This document shows, one piece after another, positions 59,548 through 64,000 of a stretch of DNA of 64,000 bases. Made by a program: the position numbers and the translations under genes. The stretch is from Phoronis australis (taxonomy: Eukaryota > Animalia > Phoronida). The stretch lies in the NCBI GenBank assembly GCA_002633005.1, contig NMRA01000080.1, positions 835,291 through 899,290 of the forward strand, written 5' to 3'. The notes beneath the pieces are model-generated. The model was not told the origin of the DNA. It made no database searches and was given only the letters and a program-made list of their open reading frames with translations. The stretch's first letter is position 1, and each line of letters begins with the position of its first letter.

Positions 59548-62500
59548 GATATTCAACTGAATGTAGCTATTCGAACCTGAGAACTACTGCTATTGAGACA
59601 AGAGAGACGTGCGATTATTAATATATACGAAACGTTATTACTACTACAACGAGAACTATTATATATTGTGTGGAGTACCAGAACAAGTGAGAATCTGTCT
59701 CTCAAAGAGACCATATCATCTCCTGTGGATCCATCACCATGTAAGTACTCTGCTTTTATAACATGTGTTAAGTCCACGCTATTTTTTTGAAAACTACTAT
59801 CCGGCAAACACTACAAAAATCACAACGTTGCTCAGGTCGTACCTTCTTGGAAAGGGTCGTTTGGGATGTGACTCTCAACAACTGTTCATTTGGATGAGCA
59901 AAAAAATTGGACATGGATTGACAAAGATGAGCAACGAGTTCAATTAAGTGAGAGTTTTGAAATGTGTAGTTGCATGAGGATTCTTTGTACGTTTGTGATA
60001 AATTTATTTGTCTTTATATTTTTCATACCATTATTAACTCGTTCGGCAACACTTCAAAATGGGATGAGCCAATTAATGTTTTTAAACCCCGAACGCTCCG
60101 CAATTCAACATTGACAGCTAAAAGTTGGAGTTAGTATCAAGAAGCAACGTTGTTAGTTATAGCTGTGTAGTTGAAACGATAGACTCTCTTTCAAACTATT
60201 AACGGTAGTAGGTTACATTTTTTATTTCAGTTTCTTTCAGTAAGTATCTTAGATTAACCAACAGCCGTCAAAGAACGTGCAAAAATATCCTCATGTACTT
60301 TCATTCTATTTAAGCATAATGTTATTACTCTGTTAATTAACCTTAAAAGGTTATGTTGCCTTTATGAAGGATGAAGGACCTTTTGTGAAATTTGGCGTAT
60401 TTTACTTATCTGAAATGTACTATCAATCTCTAGCAATCGGCTTTTATAAAAAGATATTAAAGGCACTCCAGGTCAGACCAGACCGCCCAACAAAGTGCTT
60501 CATCACAGGCGAATCGTGAACCAATACAATGCTTTTCAAGTGTTTGGGTGTTTTTGCCGCCATAATGGAAACCATCGTGGAAATTTATTGAAAATCATGT
60601 CTAGAATACTAATTGCCTTTGTTATCGCTGGAGAGATTCAGCATCCTAGATCGAGCTTTAAACAGTCTTATAATGACCCAAGTGTAAGCAACACATGACG
60701 ATTGTTGAACCCCGTTCGTGCTAAAATAAGAATTTAGTGCTCTCAAGTCCAAAATATATTAAACATTAAGCAAAATGCAAAAAATGACGTCCTGTTCAAA
60801 CTTTTTGTAGAGGAAACGATTAAAACAAGAATTAATTCAACGACGTCAAGTCACTGATAACAGATTTCCATTATGATTTTCAATTCGGCGAAAAGGTCAC
60901 ACATGGCAAAATCGTGAATGGACAAAAATGTTTAAATACATCATCTCACGACCATAAGTTATCATTTTTAGTTATAGTCTGTTAATCGTTGTCTGCCATT
61001 TGTAATCGTATGACTGAGATGCTTTCCGGTGGTAAAATCTCTACAACCGTATGCCGTGGACATCATTTACTTTCACTGAAACATGATCAGCAACCATTAC
61101 CATCTCCAAATGCCGTTTTTGGAACCAATTCTTGTTTTCATTGTTCCCTCTGCCTATAATTTTGAACACTTTCAGCCTGTGCTCTATGACATATACCGGT
61201 AATTCAGTTGTTAAGTTCATGGCTAAGCGCACAGTAATTCGCCTAGGTAAAGAGCATAAACTGCTGATAAAAAGTAGCACACTCAAATGTTTAATAATCA
61301 TTGAGCCTACTTGAATTTCTCTGAATCTTGCATCACCCCAATGATATCCCCAGGGCCCCCGCTAGTTAGCGAAAGTGAGAATTTCACAGCCCTGCCTCAA
61401 TGCTTGGTCTCCGATCCTGCCGGCCAGAAAAATACGATTTTCATGATAAAGAAAGCCGGGCACAGAGATCATCTAACATGAAGTCATTACTGATTTTCTA
61501 CTCACTGTACTAGAATTCTTTCCAGAAGTCCGGCTATCGTTTTATTTGTACCTATATAAGCTTTCGTACAAATTAGGTAAAGCTAGTTCAGGAGCGCTAG
61601 GACCTCAATAGCGCTGGTTCCCTGGAAGTCCGCTAGGGGGAAGACGACACTCACGTCATTTGTAAATACAATGTTTACACCAGCGGTTCTGACTGGCTCA
61701 GTGGTCGAATCGTCAAAAGGTAGCGCTTCATATGTAAACAAACGGGCATTGCTGGCGGAGGAAGTACTTATGTGAAATGATACAGTTAGTGGCCTGTTGT
61801 ACGAACAATTCAGGGCGATATGTTCGAGAAATGCGAATCGGAAAGTTAAGGTTGTAACTATGCATTTTTGTAGCCTGTTGGCATTACAGCCTGAGTGTGC
61901 ATTTCGGCAATCGCGATGTCAAGCTCATAACGAACTTCCCACATGTCCCACTCTGACTCAGATAACTCACTGTACTCGGTCTTTCTGAATGAAGTTATGT
62001 ATGATACTGCAGAGAGAAACCTTGGTTCGCAAGGATGTTGACAAGGTTAAAAATCGTTCACAGTTCGTCATTATTTTTTATTTGTTTCAAAACTAACCAA
62101 TGATGAGTAAAGTAACTGTGGACTTGTGGTTAATTGACCATTTTTGTTTTTTTCTTAGGTTTGGATCTTTCTGACCATGGCCGCCTGGCATCAACCACCA
62201 GCCGATCTACTGCATGTATTGATGAACTTCGTTGCATCTACGCTTGCCGTCATCGACTAGTCGCATGTCAATTACATCAAGGAGTAGCACATTCCTGCAT
62301 AATTCAGGATGAACTGAAGTTATGGGAGATGAGTTCTTTTATGTCTACAGTGCTTCATACTCAGATGGGTTCGTAGGCAAGTTCGGTCGATTGCCAACCG
62401 CCCAAATTTACAAATCTTCGCATTTAAATGCTCACACTTTACCTGATGCCCAAATTCAATTGTAACAATTCCTTGAGAGTTTCCTAAAATTGTCAGTGTC

Positions 62501-62789
62501 TAAGTGTCGGTGCCAGTTTGCCAAAAAAATTAGTTCTCAAAACAAACGCATTTTGTTCACCTTTAGGTAACTCGTATTGCCATGTAAATTTTGCAGTTCA
62601 CAACCGTGAAACACCCGAAGTAGTTTGGCAGATGAACAGAGAATTCATGGTCATAACCGCTAATTCTGTCATCACGTCGGGGAATTCCAGGTCGTTCTGG
62701 TTGATCACTGTGGTGTGTACTGTGCCGTCCGCATGTCAGCTGTCCATGTACCAGCGAATGTCCATACATCGAAGATTGCTGTCTAATCT

Positions 62790-64000
62790 CTGAATATCGA
62801 CTGTCCGTGCGTTGGTGCCTTGGATCGACTGTTCGCATATCAGCCATCCACTTCCCGAGGAATGTCCACACATTGAAGTTCACCATCTACTGTCTGCATA
62901 TCGAACATTCACGTATCAATGGAACATCCAAACATCGAGGATTGGCATCTTCTGTTCACAAACTGATTGTTCACGCATCAATGTCTGCTATCAGCCGTTC
63001 GCATATCGATTATCCACTCATTGAGTAGCATTCCCACATTAAGGATTGTCATCTGCCGTTTGCGTGTCAACCATCCACACATAGAGGAACATCCACATAT
63101 CCAGGATTGCCATCGACTGTTCGCATATCGGCTACCCACACATTGCAGAACTTCCATACATTCGAGGATTGCCCTCTACTGTCTCTGTGTCGACCATCCA
63201 CATATCGAGAAATGTCCATGTATTGAGGATAGCCATCTTCTGTACACATGTTAGCCATCCACATGTCGATAGGTGTCCACTCATCGAGGATGACCTTCTA
63301 CTGTCTACAAACCACCTGTTCATGCAACGATGTCTGCCCTCGGTTGTCAGCATTTCGATCTTCTTCACATCAAGGAATGTTCACACATCTAGGATCTTCA
63401 ACTCCCATCCTCCTGCTGATCATGTTTCCACTGATGCACGCCCTTGATCATATGCATATTGACTGTCCTCCCACCGGGACAGTCAATATGCATATGGTCA
63501 ATAGACTGTACGTATAATGACTGTCCCGGTGGGGGGACAGTCAATATACGTACGGTGGATGGCAGGCATCAGTGGACACATGATCGGTAGGTTAATGGTA
63601 GTTGAGGGTTCTAGCTGTGTGAATGTTCCATGATGTGTGGAAGGTTGTTATGCAGATGGCCGATGGTAGATGTTGTTGTGTGAACAGTTGGTTTGTAGCC
63701 AGTAGATGGTGAACCTTGACGAGTGGATGTTTATCGGTGTGAGGGTAGTTGACATTTGTACAGAGGATGGCGATCCTCGATGCATGGACATTTCTCGGTA
63801 TGGGGAAGGTTGACATATAGATAGTGGACGTCAATCCTTGAATGAATGGATGTTCCACGATATGTGGGCTGTCGGTATGCAAACAGTTGATTGGTAATCT
63901 TGGATATGGGATGTTCCACTATGTGTCTATGGTTGGCATGCGAACAGCAGATGACAGTTCTTGATGCGAGGATGTTTCTTGGTGTTTGGAAGATCGACAT
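62790..64000 (+). ncRNA. Candidate long hairpin RNA / foldback locus (right arm truncated by window end)
   Basis: 63003-63437 pairs with 63566-64000 at roughly 75% identity with almost no indels. Arms are built from degenerate ~33/65-nt subrepeats (CCATCCACAT..GAGGA). Mismatches favour G-U on the + strand, and the centre has two hairpins. The inverted repeat is certain; the RNA function is inferred. Confidence 0.55.

Noticed and set aside
62807-64000. His/Pro/Ile-rich short ORFs on both strands
   Set aside because: They are translations of the subrepeats, interrupted by stops and mirrored by the palindrome, with no coding signal.

Overview
Intron-rich, AT-rich animal (probably invertebrate) genomic DNA; most ORF-track entries are spurious. 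(1) 1.25-29.9 kb: a large inverted duplication holding two divergently oriented copies of an SLC3/rBAT-like GH13 gene that has lost its catalytic residues. Both copies lack their 5' exons, and a single-N contig join sits at 11516. The + copy carries two in-frame deletions in one loop. (2) 31.8-54.2 kb, minus strand: a complete cytoplasmic dynein-1 intermediate chain gene with a candidate alternatively spliced region. (3) Many non-autonomous DNA transposons (hAT-, Harbinger-, Kolobok-, foldback- and Helentron/HINE-like), one carrying an array of about 10 CTCF-like motifs. (4) 62.8-64 kb: a long inverted repeat, cut off by the window end, whose arm mismatches strongly favour G-U pairs on the + strand and whose apex holds two pre-miRNA-sized hairpins. 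This candidate hairpin-RNA locus is the most unusual signal. All alignments and counts were done by eye.
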